From the IMG/VR virus record IMGVR_UViG_3300027834_000005, positions 62,001 to 126,000 of that record: DNA of 64,000 nt; one strand, given 5' to 3'. The position numbers and the translations under genes were made by a program. The notes below the pieces were generated by a model. The model was not told the origin of the DNA and did no database searches. It saw only the letters and a program-made list of their open reading frames with translations. Shown here in pieces: positions 55,726 through 64,000 of this stretch; position 1 is the stretch's first letter; each line of letters opens with the position of its first letter.

Positions 55726-56387
55726 TACATGATCCTGTGCTTATGTTCTATCCACTCACACAACTCTTCTGCCGACACATTAGGGGGTGGGAGTGACCAC
55801 GCTTTCCGTGTTCCTGACGTCGCAGCCCCAAAGGGCAGCTCTGTTAGTGGTGGGGCAAGCGTTCCGACTCCTCGACTCGACACTCCTAGCGGCACTTTAG
55901 TGGATACTTTAGTGGATACTTTAGTGGATACTTTAGTGGATACACTAGAGGAAAAGTCACCACTATGATTAGTTATGGTGGGAATGTAGGGTGCATAGTA
56001 GAACCCACTGTCAGAATCACGTTGGGGGATATACTTCCGATCCATGTAGACCCCCAGATATAGCCCTGTGAAGGCCCTGACGCGATCTTTTGGATCATAG
56101 AGTATATCGGTTAGGATTTCATCCTCTTCGCCTCCTAGCTCGTGCTGGAACTGTGTGGGGCCATCTACTATCCCTGTGACGGAACTATAGAAGTCACCCA
56201 CAACAGAACCCCATAAATTTACTTGTATGTCTATGTCGTGGAGTTTAGATGTATTGAGGAAATGATAGAACATGTCTCCGGCAGCATTTCTAAAGCATAT
56301 GTGACGGTTGTAGTAGACTTTATGCAGTTCCATGCCTATTGAATGAATCATGTTTTTTGATCGCATCATGTTTTTTGATTGCATCAT
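55707..56387 (-). CDS. Hypothetical protein with repeat expansions
   Basis: STKV x4 (12-bp repeat 55894-55941); DSGFYYAPYIP motif. Confidence 0.55.
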   Translation of the reverse strand: MMQSKNMMRSKNMIHSIGMELHKVYYNRHICFRNAAGDMFYHFLNTSKLHDIDIQVNLWGSVVGDFYSSVTGIVDGPTQFQHELGGEEDEILTDILYDPKDRVRAFTGLYLGVYMDRKYIPQRDSDSGFYYAPYIPTITNHSGDFSSSVSTKVSTKVSTKVSTKVPLGVSSRGVGTLAPPLTELPFGAATSGTRKAWSLPPPNVSAEELCEWIEHKHRIMYKVYRG

Positions 56388-56830
56388 GTTTTTATGTTCT
56401 CGCGTAATAGTCTTTCCACTGTTCGAGTGTCTACTAGCGCACCGTATACTGCGATGCAGGATGGTGGCATACTGCATGCAGTGGCGTAGTTTCTAGTGTC
56501 TTCGTATTTATGAAGGAAGTGGTAGAATGCCACTCCCTGTCTTTCACTCTTGAGTTCATCGAATTCATAATCGTCAAATGCGTCCAATCCTTCTCCGCTC
56601 AGTTCGTAGTTGAATTGATCTTCACGGCTAAACTCTACCATACGGACGGTATAAAATTCTTCGCCGATATTAATTCCGAAAGTAGAATTCTTTTTCTTCT
56701 TTTCGGAATGCATATAGGCAAGTGAGAATGAATGCGCATAGTGGATGAATTTTTCTCCATCCTGTCTTGCAATAGAAAAATGATTTCTATATCCAAATGG
56801 GTATACTTTATGAAATGAATAATTATGCAC
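56384..56830 (-). CDS. Tag-bearing protein
   Basis: SREDQFNYELSG. Confidence 0.7.
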   Translation of the reverse strand: MHNYSFHKVYPFGYRNHFSIARQDGEKFIHYAHSFSLAYMHSEKKKKNSTFGINIGEEFYTVRMVEFSREDQFNYELSGEGLDAFDDYEFDELKSERQGVAFYHFLHKYEDTRNYATACSMPPSCIAVYGALVDTRTVERLLRENIKT

Positions 56831-57215
56831 GGATACTGTATCCTCTATCTAAAAACCTTGGTGGTTTAATGCCAAAAAATGTGCTTTCTCTTCCGTATTT
56901 GAAATAGTACCGTGGTTTAGCTTCTGGGTGTTTTTTCTTTATTTGTTGTATCATGGACCAGAACCCATGGCCATAATATACAAAACCATCGCACCCTACC
57001 GGCGTACCTGATAATTTTCTTTCGAACTCTTCTTCTACGGAGAGCACCATGAGATCCACTACCCATACTTCTTTACCGATGCATTGTCCAAAATAGGTTG
57101 GTTGAGTACCGCTAGGCTTGGGTCTAATATGAGTGATGCCTTGTATGTGATAGAAATTACCATCGTCGTCTGTGACAATTATATATGCTTCTGTAACTAT
57201 TGATTGCAGTTTCAT
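56823..57215 (-). CDS. Tag-bearing protein
   Basis: SVEEEFERKLSG. Confidence 0.7.
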   Translation of the reverse strand: MKLQSIVTEAYIIVTDDDGNFYHIQGITHIRPKPSGTQPTYFGQCIGKEVWVVDLMVLSVEEEFERKLSGTPVGCDGFVYYGHGFWSMIQQIKKKHPEAKPRYYFKYGRESTFFGIKPPRFLDRGYSIRA

Positions 57216-57709
57216 ACTGATTGTTCCTGAAAATATTCTGATGCGAATGGGTTTGCCCCAAATACTCCGCGAATAGTGCGTGTTACAGTATTATCTTCTC
57301 CGTATTCAGAATGTATAAATTTTCTGAATACTTCAATACTATGCCATACGACTATGCCTTCTCCGTCCTGACTATGGTCCCAGTATTCATCGTCTCGGTA
57401 TGCCTCAGTGAGCCGGTCTAGGAAAAATTCTTCCACGGTAACTACTTTCAATATGAATGCGTGTCCGTGTTCCTTAGTAATTAAGGTATGTAGTGGGCAA
57501 CCGTATACGACTTCTGTGGTTGTTGGGTTACTAGTTTCTGGATAGACTATTCTACAGTGTTTGATATCTAGGTTGATACTCCACTGATAGAGATATACAA
57601 TTTCTGGGCGTGTAGAGTCCATGACGGCGTAAAAGCTTTTTCTTTCGAATATACTTTTACCTGCTAACCTTTGGGCGTTCTGGCTCTGTAGCGTGGTGTA
57701 TTTTAGCAT
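57212..57709 (-). CDS. Tag-bearing protein (weak)
   Basis: TVEEFFLDRLT. Confidence 0.65.
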   Translation of the reverse strand: MLKYTTLQSQNAQRLAGKSIFERKSFYAVMDSTRPEIVYLYQWSINLDIKHCRIVYPETSNPTTTEVVYGCPLHTLITKEHGHAFILKVVTVEEFFLDRLTEAYRDDEYWDHSQDGEGIVVWHSIEVFRKFIHSEYGEDNTVTRTIRGVFGANPFASEYFQEQSV

Positions 57710-57783
57710 GTGTATGCCCTATATTAATAGTATTATATACTATTATTTTGAAGTTTACTATAGTCTTATAGGATTTTTCGGCT

Positions 57784-58083
57784 TTATAGTTTCAGATTTT
57801 GAGGTTGCCACTTCAGGCTCATGCACCGGATCTGCAGCGCGGCTCTTATGATTCGATACGGCCAACCTAACAGGATTGTCAACGGAAAGAACATTATATG
57901 GTCGTCTAGGTGTTCGCTTCCGTGTGTGATTTCCATTATGAGTTCGGTTATGCAATACGCCATAACGAAGGTGAAGTACGCTAAAAGCGCAATAAAAAGA
58001 ATAGCCCCTAGGTGTGAACTTCCGTTAACAGTCACAGTACATGCTTCTATAGTACATCTTGCAGTAGATTCAATGCCGAGCAT
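57784..58083 (-). CDS. Small 2-TM protein
   Basis: Tandem paralog family; start uncertain. Confidence 0.55.
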   Translation of the reverse strand: MLGIESTARCTIEACTVTVNGSSHLGAILFIALLAYFTFVMAYCITELIMEITHGSEHLDDHIMFFPLTILLGWPYRIIRAALQIRCMSLKWQPQNLKL

Positions 58084-58268
58084 GAGGTTCTCCTTCTAAA
58101 TAATATCCCAATGAATAGGTATAGTGGACAAATAAACTTCTCAGTGAACCCTCTGAAGTTATCATAGTTCCACCCAAAATGCTCATATATGACTATGGCC
58201 CACGTTATGTTAGCTACTAAGTACATTCCTACCATATAGACGAATGTCACATATAATAAAGTGTTCAT
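58047..58268 (-). CDS. Small 2-TM protein
   Basis: HFGWNY motif. Confidence 0.65.
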   Translation of the reverse strand: MNTLLYVTFVYMVGMYLVANITWAIVIYEHFGWNYDNFRGFTEKFICPLYLFIGILFRRRTSCSALNLLQDVL

Positions 58269-58471
58269 AGCACATTACTCCATATATTGGGCACATTCTT
58301 TTCCCTAAGTACGAATCGTATAACACGGAAAGGTAACAGTGTGATCTTATCGAATATTCCGTCAGGCTCGTAGTTCCACCCATATGCATACACAGCAATC
58401 AATGAACATATAATTGCCATGAACGAGTAGGAAGTGCCCAATATAATTACAGAAAGTATAATACCCATCAT
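58265..58471 (-). CDS. Small 2-TM protein
   Basis: AYGWNY..LPFRVI. Confidence 0.65.
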   Translation of the reverse strand: MMGIILSVIILGTSYSFMAIICSLIAVYAYGWNYEPDGIFDKITLLPFRVIRFVLREKNVPNIWSNVL

Positions 58472-58689
58472 CTCTCACACCGATTCCATCGCACGGGCAT
58501 TGTCCTCTTACGAAAAACAACAGCCAGAATTCTATAAGGGATAAGGAACGCAGAATCCCATATATCTTCATTCTGGAAATCCCATCCGTACACCTCTACT
58601 GTGGAGACGGTATACGCGAACGAAAAAATTACATACACCCCAATAGAGATGAACATCCAGAACTGCGTGGCACTTATAGGGTCTATCAT
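58468..58689 (-). CDS. Small 2-TM protein
   Basis: VYGWDF..IPYRIL. Confidence 0.65.
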   Translation of the reverse strand: MIDPISATQFWMFISIGVYVIFSFAYTVSTVEVYGWDFQNEDIWDSAFLIPYRILAVVFRKRTMPVRWNRCER

Positions 58690-58729
58690 GTTTATATTCC
58701 TATATCAATAAGACTATACTACCATAAAT

Positions 58730-59269
58730 TCAAGATTTCATATAGTACTTAGCATGGATATCTGTCCACGTATTTCTATTTGCGTTTAACTTATTATGGG
58801 CCGCAACTATATTAGCGTATGGATTATGGGGAACAGGATAGTAATCGCCTGCCATAGAGAAGTATACGAGTGAACTTTTAAACGTTCTGTTACTTCCTCC
58901 AAATAAAGGTAGATGGTATACCCCTACATTTTCAGACTCCACTTCAGCTAGTAATAAGAATATATCTTCGTGGAGAGTACCCATCAATGAAGACATGAAA
59001 TATTCAGTCGTTTCCATGGTCACTTTCTTCCCCTCGCATATGGTTCCGGTGAGAGAGCCGAAACACGGGGTGATATTTTCTTCAGTTGTTTTCACTAAGT
59101 ATGACGGTAGCTTAACGACACAGACGTACTCAACTGAGTCCTCTTCATAGAAATGAAGATATAAGTCTTCTGTTATTAGGCCGATAAACGAACCCACGCC
59201 ACGTTTATTGACAGGATTAGTTTTAATTCGATTTTCATACTTACTTATTTTTTGATACTGGAATGTCAT
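58730..59269 (-). CDS. Tag-bearing protein (weak)
   Basis: ETTEYFMSSLMG; paralog of next gene (FGS..G). Confidence 0.7.
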   Translation of the reverse strand: MTFQYQKISKYENRIKTNPVNKRGVGSFIGLITEDLYLHFYEEDSVEYVCVVKLPSYLVKTTEENITPCFGSLTGTICEGKKVTMETTEYFMSSLMGTLHEDIFLLLAEVESENVGVYHLPLFGGSNRTFKSSLVYFSMAGDYYPVPHNPYANIVAAHNKLNANRNTWTDIHAKYYMKS

Positions 59270-59697
59270 GTGTAGTGCCTACCGAATCCGTATTCTCTTG
59301 CTGCGCTATCATAGTTACAGAAATCTATATAACTTTGGTATGAACATGGTGATTTATATTCGTATGGTCCATCATTCATATATAAGTACATTTCATAATA
59401 CGCGCCTACCTTAGCACGCGACGTTTTACTTCTGTATTGATTTACAGTTCCTCTAAGCTTAGCCTCGAAAAATTCATCCTCCGGTACTTCTGCGCTATGA
59501 ACTGCAATAACGGGTCCAACAAAAGAACCAAACACGGTGATATTACTTTCTTTCTCCTTTCTATCGAGTATAGTATCTAGCATTCGTCCTAGGTCATAAC
59601 CACCGCAGAAATATAATATATAACTATCCCTACTAGTGGGTATCTCAATCACGTATCTATCGTCTTTATCGAGGACAACTTTATTCTTTATAGTCAT
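59266..59697 (-). CDS. Tag-bearing protein
   Basis: PEDEFFEAKLRG. Confidence 0.75.
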   Translation of the reverse strand: MTIKNKVVLDKDDRYVIEIPTSRDSYILYFCGGYDLGRMLDTILDRKEKESNITVFGSFVGPVIAVHSAEVPEDEFFEAKLRGTVNQYRSKTSRAKVGAYYEMYLYMNDGPYEYKSPCSYQSYIDFCNYDSAAREYGFGRHYT

Positions 59698-59700
59698 ATA

Positions 59701-59853
59701 TCACCATATAAGCGCACGAAAAACTACATTAACCATGAACACAGCGAAACCCACAATGACAAGAAGCACAGGGGAACTATCTAAACGCATGGGCACCTCT
59801 TCAAGGGTCACAATAGTAAGAATTATGACTACAAAACTCACGAAAATTCCCAT
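59701..59853 (-). CDS. 50-aa 2-TM peptide
   Basis: MGIFVSFVVIILTIV...VFRALIW. Confidence 0.5.
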   Translation of the reverse strand: MGIFVSFVVIILTIVTLEEVPMRLDSSPVLLVIVGFAVFMVNVVFRALIW

Positions 59854-59861
59854 ACCAATGC

Positions 59862-60071
59862 CTATGTGTCTTTTTTTGACATCATATCACGAATGCCAAA
59901 TGGATCGAATACCTTCATAACGTTGGATTTTATTTCAGTCACCAGTCTGTCACGCAGCACGGTGTCATCCCCGACTATTTTATCCCACATGGGATTCAAG
60001 TCTGGTAACCCAACCAACTCTCTGGCCTCTTTGGGCGTGAGGTCAACGTTCATATTAATATCGATCTTCAT
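59862..60071 (-). CDS. DUF6489-like protein
   Basis: MKIDINMNVDLTPKEARELVGLPDLNPM. Confidence 0.65.
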   Translation of the reverse strand: MKIDINMNVDLTPKEARELVGLPDLNPMWDKIVGDDTVLRDRLVTEIKSNVMKVFDPFGIRDMMSKKDT

Positions 60072-60415
60072 TATAATCTCATTTTCACAAGTTTTACCAT
60101 CGGATCACCCTCAACGGCACCCAACGTATATGCAAAATAATCTCTCTCCTTTATAAAGCGGAAACAAATATATTTGTCATCTTCTTTACCCATTACCATA
60201 TGGACGTTAAACTTCACAAACGTGAATATCTTCAGGCACGCGCCCATCTTAACAGCCATCACTTGGTCGCCAGACTCTAATGCGCCCACACTTTCATCCA
60301 GAGCATCAGGGTCCACCGGATCGAACATGGCAAAAAACAACATATACGGATAATATAAGAACCACATGTATGCTCTGTAAAATATATTCACTTTATTTCC
60401 CTCTTTCAAACCCAT
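60071..60415 (-). CDS. Hypothetical protein
   Basis: Coupled ORF. Confidence 0.65.
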   Translation of the reverse strand: MGLKEGNKVNIFYRAYMWFLYYPYMLFFAMFDPVDPDALDESVGALESGDQVMAVKMGACLKIFTFVKFNVHMVMGKEDDKYICFRFIKERDYFAYTLGAVEGDPMVKLVKMRL

Positions 60416-60974
60416 AGGTAAGTAGACGCTCGTCTGTCATCTGCTTTCTGACGTCTTTACCAACGCCCTGCATATAGCATAGGAAATCATTATAGGTGTA
60501 TTTCTCACTCCTGTCAACCCTATCATCTATTCTATCAAAGCAATAGTTAATGAGCATCATGGCATTACACTCATCCATGTAGAATGCTGTCTCGCCCATC
60601 TTACCTACCGTCACTGTATTAGACGAGTTAGGAGTCAGAGCAAGTTCATCAGGGATAGTTGGCCATCTCACGTTGAAGAAAGGTTCTATGACTGAGCCGT
60701 TGAAGGCTGTGCACACTTTATGTGTAGGTAAAAGACTGGCTCTCACACCGACTGCCTTAAACAAACGATGGGTCGCTATCTTCTGTCTTCCGAAGAATCC
60801 GTCATTGTATAATGATAAGATATAGATGTCCGAACCAAGACCGTTAAGGAACTTAGCTTCGTCCGTGGATAGGATACCAAGGGTTAGGGATCTTAATTTT
60901 ATCTCAGATTCTGTGATCTTTAACGCGCCAGACTTGGTGTCTTTGCGTATTTGATAGGGTTTGTTGACTGACAT
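60393..60974 (-). CDS. Hypothetical protein
   Basis: 193-aa ORF. Confidence 0.7.
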   Translation of the reverse strand: MSVNKPYQIRKDTKSGALKITESEIKLRSLTLGILSTDEAKFLNGLGSDIYILSLYNDGFFGRQKIATHRLFKAVGVRASLLPTHKVCTAFNGSVIEPFFNVRWPTIPDELALTPNSSNTVTVGKMGETAFYMDECNAMMLINYCFDRIDDRVDRSEKYTYNDFLCYMQGVGKDVRKQMTDERLLTYGFERGK

Positions 60975-61026
60975 ATGGCACCATAATGTTTTATATTCCG
61001 CATTATAGCACCATTTGTAGTTAGTG

Positions 61027-62664
61027 TCAAATTACTTTGGTTATGAAAACCATAGCGTAATTGTTCAGATCGTCAATGCCGATGGTATGACTGTGGGTAT
61101 GAGTTACGTTATGCGTATGCGTGCCATCTGAACTTATACCATGGTCATGTGATGATCCACTACCTGTAGATCCAGAAGTAGAACTTGCTCCGGTCTGACC
61201 CTCATAAGGTTCAGATATTGTCCCGCCGCCCACACCACTATATGCACCAACTGCATGTGTATGTGCTGGCATTTCGCTAATAGATAATACATGTCCCGCT
61301 GTGTCACCACCATGGGAATGATTACCGGCGCTAGTAGAGGTCATAGTGTCAGTGGAACTTAACGTGATTGATGGTGAGCCATTTGCTCCCACATCGCCGT
61401 CGTCATCTACGCCCTTAATGAATCGATTAACTAGGTTAGGGGTCTTAATGTCTCCGGTGCCATTGGCAACTAAAATACCATTAGTGTAGGTGTCACCATT
61501 GCATAACTTCCAACCGCTAGGGATAGTAACGATATTACCATTCCACATCATTGTCATGCCCACAGGGAAGAAATCCATGTACGATGCTTTTTCTATAGCG
61601 CCATCATCCTTAACAATTACCACTTTGTCAGTGGCTGGTGTCAATGAACCATTAGGTAAATTATCAACGCCACTTTCGAACACAGTTGTGCCTATAGTGT
61701 CGGATACCGTAAATGTTTGGTTTGGACTTTCATTAAGACTAGTAACATATAATTGGTTTACATGTACACTTGCTAATCTTTTGGTCGTAGATCCTATACC
61801 TGTTCCACTATCTGACTCAGGTACAATATAAGTTCCGCCGATAAGATTAATGTCGTTGTTTCCGTCTCCGCCTAAATTAGATACGTTTGCCGTTTCCACA
61901 GTGATTGCGTTGAATGGCGTAGCCGCGTTACCAAGATTTACTTGGTTGCCGCTTTCACTAATAGGAACGATAGAGGATACATTATTCTCTACGATTTCCT
62001 TAAGGATTACATTTCTACCTTCGCCAAATCTCAACTCTTCGGCAAATACAGATTTAATAGGGTTGTCATATTCACCTAAGTCAATAAAACTTCCGCTCTC
62101 AGCTGTTATTTTAGAAACGTTACCAGTAGATGATTTGGAGTTTGACAGTACCGTGTTACCGTCTATAGACAAAGCAGGGATACCATCTGGATCAGATACG
62201 CCTACTTGACCGGCATATCTGTTCGTGTTCAATGTTAAATGAGTAACGAAAGCTTCATGCCAGTACAATGAATCAGTGCCGATATTCTGTTCTGAATCTC
62301 TCGCAGGAACCAGCGACTGCGTAGTTGATTCTTGCGCAACTAAAGTCCATCCGTAAGTAGGACTAGAGACCTCTGAATTATACACTTTAAGTCTTTCTAC
62401 GGATGTATCAAACCATAGCTGTCCGGTAACTGGTGTTACTGGTGCCGGTGATGTATCGTCATTGTTATTAAAGTTTACAAAAGGATTACTTTCTGGAGGA
62501 AGATCAGACGCGTAATTTTCTGATAACTGAAATAAAGATTGCGCCACAGAGGACCCATAATCTTCGACGTCACGACCTAATAGACTAGTACTATAGATTC
62601 TGTTTATTTCAGAATCTTGCACCGGAACAGAAAGTCCGTTAGATTTCTTAAATGTAAGAGACAT
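61027..62664 (-). CDS. Tail fibre/baseplate protein with tail-collar domain
   Basis: N-term LSENYA..PVTGQLWFDT; FPVGMTMMWNG..IPSGWKLCNG..TPNLVNRFIKG; His-repeat tip. Confidence 0.8.
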   Translation of the reverse strand: MSLTFKKSNGLSVPVQDSEINRIYSTSLLGRDVEDYGSSVAQSLFQLSENYASDLPPESNPFVNFNNNDDTSPAPVTPVTGQLWFDTSVERLKVYNSEVSSPTYGWTLVAQESTTQSLVPARDSEQNIGTDSLYWHEAFVTHLTLNTNRYAGQVGVSDPDGIPALSIDGNTVLSNSKSSTGNVSKITAESGSFIDLGEYDNPIKSVFAEELRFGEGRNVILKEIVENNVSSIVPISESGNQVNLGNAATPFNAITVETANVSNLGGDGNNDINLIGGTYIVPESDSGTGIGSTTKRLASVHVNQLYVTSLNESPNQTFTVSDTIGTTVFESGVDNLPNGSLTPATDKVVIVKDDGAIEKASYMDFFPVGMTMMWNGNIVTIPSGWKLCNGDTYTNGILVANGTGDIKTPNLVNRFIKGVDDDGDVGANGSPSITLSSTDTMTSTSAGNHSHGGDTAGHVLSISEMPAHTHAVGAYSGVGGGTISEPYEGQTGASSTSGSTGSGSSHDHGISSDGTHTHNVTHTHSHTIGIDDLNNYAMVFITKVI

Positions 62665-62665
62665 A

Positions 62666-63298
62666 TTACACTGCCTCCAAATAGATTCTTATAGTGTAGT
62701 CAATCTCAAGAATACGATTGTTAGACTTTTGGATAGGATGAAAAATAACATGAGAAATCATCAACGCATCATTAGTGTTGGCCAATGTAGTTGATAGAGG
62801 AATATTTGACTCACCTGTATACAAAGCTATCTCATCAAACACCGTGGCGTCATCTAAGTTATTTGCTCTATCAATCGGGTCCTGTAGACTACCAGTATCA
62901 TTGAAATCTAAAGTACACGTGATTTTTACATCGGCATACTGCGCATTACTTTGGATAGGAATAACTGTGTTACCAGAATCGGCTCCGGTATTCGTTGAAC
63001 CATTCTCTCCTACTTCTTGGTGGTAAATTTCCGAGTATAATGATGAACTAGGATCTTTTATATTAGTCACATCCGGTTTTCTATATGTAATTTCTCCGTT
63101 TGCAGAGATAGACGTACCGCCATTACCAAATGCCATATATCTAATATGTCCGGTTCCTAGACCAGACAATGCATCAACTACGGACGCCGCGAGGTTACCA
63201 TAATGTATAGCGTTCATTTCGTCACGTATTACTTCTCTAGTAACTTTGTCACGAATGATGACATGCCCTTCAGCACGCATACCAATTCCTTCAATCAT
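62666..63298 (-). CDS. Virion structural (baseplate-type) protein
   Basis: GHVIIRD..NAIHYGN, MAFGNGG, FDEIAL, HVIFHPIQKS motifs typical of large myophages. Confidence 0.7.
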   Translation of the reverse strand: MIEGIGMRAEGHVIIRDKVTREVIRDEMNAIHYGNLAASVVDALSGLGTGHIRYMAFGNGGTSISANGEITYRKPDVTNIKDPSSSLYSEIYHQEVGENGSTNTGADSGNTVIPIQSNAQYADVKITCTLDFNDTGSLQDPIDRANNLDDATVFDEIALYTGESNIPLSTTLANTNDALMISHVIFHPIQKSNNRILEIDYTIRIYLEAV

Positions 63299-63299
63299 T

Positions 63300-63428
63300 T
63301 TATCCTCTCTTATCAAGCAAAGTCTTGCCTGATTCTTTGTCAATTATCTTGATGTGATCTTCTGCACTGAGGATGATGCCATCTCTGACACCATCATCTT
63401 TATCTTTTACTTCGTCTGTTTCTTTCAT
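63300..63428 (-). CDS. Small virion-associated protein (42 aa)
   Basis: HIKIIDKESGKTLLDKRG resembles the N-terminus of the next gene. Confidence 0.55.
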   Translation of the reverse strand: MKETDEVKDKDDGVRDGIILSAEDHIKIIDKESGKTLLDKRG

Positions 63429-63432
63429 ATCA

Positions 63433-63442
63433 CTATTTATCA
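63433..63442 (-). promoter_or_regulatory. T4-like late promoter motif
   Basis: gaTAAATA on - strand just upstream of structural genes. Confidence 0.5.
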
Positions 63443-63460
63443 CTAAATATTATATCCGTA

Positions 63461-64000
63461 TTAATTGTGCGGTGGCGTAGGTGTTACCGCCACTGGTAAG
63501 AATGGCACCTCTGAGTTAGAGTACACATACGTCCCTAATGGATAGTCTTCCAATAGGTTACCGTTAACAGATCCTTCAACATCTAATGTAGTACCGGCAG
63601 ACATTCTGGTCACGCCAGTCAATGTATTACCAACCTTGCCCGTGTAGATAACTCTCTCCGCGCCAACCCAAATAATACTTGGATTATCAACAGTCGCATC
63701 AACGAATAAAGATCCGTCTGTAACGTTCACATTAGAATCACCGTAAGCAAAGATACTAGAAAGTGTAGTTCTCGAAGTTAAGCTATGTAGCGTCTGGATG
63801 TTCTTCTCACTAACGAAGATTCTACAATCGTCGGAACTAACACCAGAACTTTTATCCGTGTAGCTAATAACTACCGCATCAGAAGATTTATACAAAGCCA
63901 TTTCGTCAGTTACGCCAGCATCAACATTGGAAGGTAAGAACGCTCCGCCGTCAATTGTTTGCTTACTGATATCATTACTGAATACATCGTCTCTCTTAGT
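63461..64000 (-). CDS. C-terminus of large virion structural protein (5' partial)
   Basis: Frame open to window edge; IWVGAERVIYTGKVGNTLTGVTR. Confidence 0.7.
   Translation of the reverse strand, partial: TKRDDVFSNDISKQTIDGGAFLPSNVDAGVTDEMALYKSSDAVVISYTDKSSGVSSDDCRIFVSEKNIQTLHSLTSRTTLSSIFAYGDSNVNVTDGSLFVDATVDNPSIIWVGAERVIYTGKVGNTLTGVTRMSAGTTLDVEGSVNGNLLEDYPLGTYVYSNSEVPFLPVAVTPTPPHN

Overview
This is a 64-kb segment of a large (jumbo-type) lytic myophage genome. The host is probably a non-enteric gammaproteobacterium, inferred from gamma-type LexA boxes occurring together with canonical parS sites. There are three blocks. (1) 1-22.2 kb: a head-to-tail + strand array of 60 small genes. 58 of them end in, or carry near the C-terminus, a shared acidic-amphipathic tag ([ST/P]-[DE]-[DE]-x-x-F-x-x-x-L-x-G) fused to highly variable N-terminal domains (MORN-variant repeat proteins and at least two other families). 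Five more tagged genes lie on the - strand at 56.4-59.7 kb. (2) About 22.2-55.7 kb: an early/host-takeover-like island of short genes, most behind their own strong sigma70 promoter with repeated leaders. It includes RadC/JAB, Mom-like, methyltransferase, gp88-like, DUF932, DUF6927-like and DUF4240-like genes, two tRNAs and a hammerhead ribozyme. Its intergenic DNA carries many host-protein binding sites: 3 parS, a 4x LexA SOS-box array, about 9 Fur-like boxes, 8 DnaA boxes and 2 KOPS. It also carries seven promoter-driven non-coding cassettes sharing a 20-nt anti-SD-like core. Repeat-rich boundaries suggest a long terminal repeat or first-injected segment. (3) 55.7-64 kb: - strand genes ending in virion structural genes (tail-collar fibre, baseplate-type proteins). 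All family assignments come from motif recognition by eye; no database searches were run.
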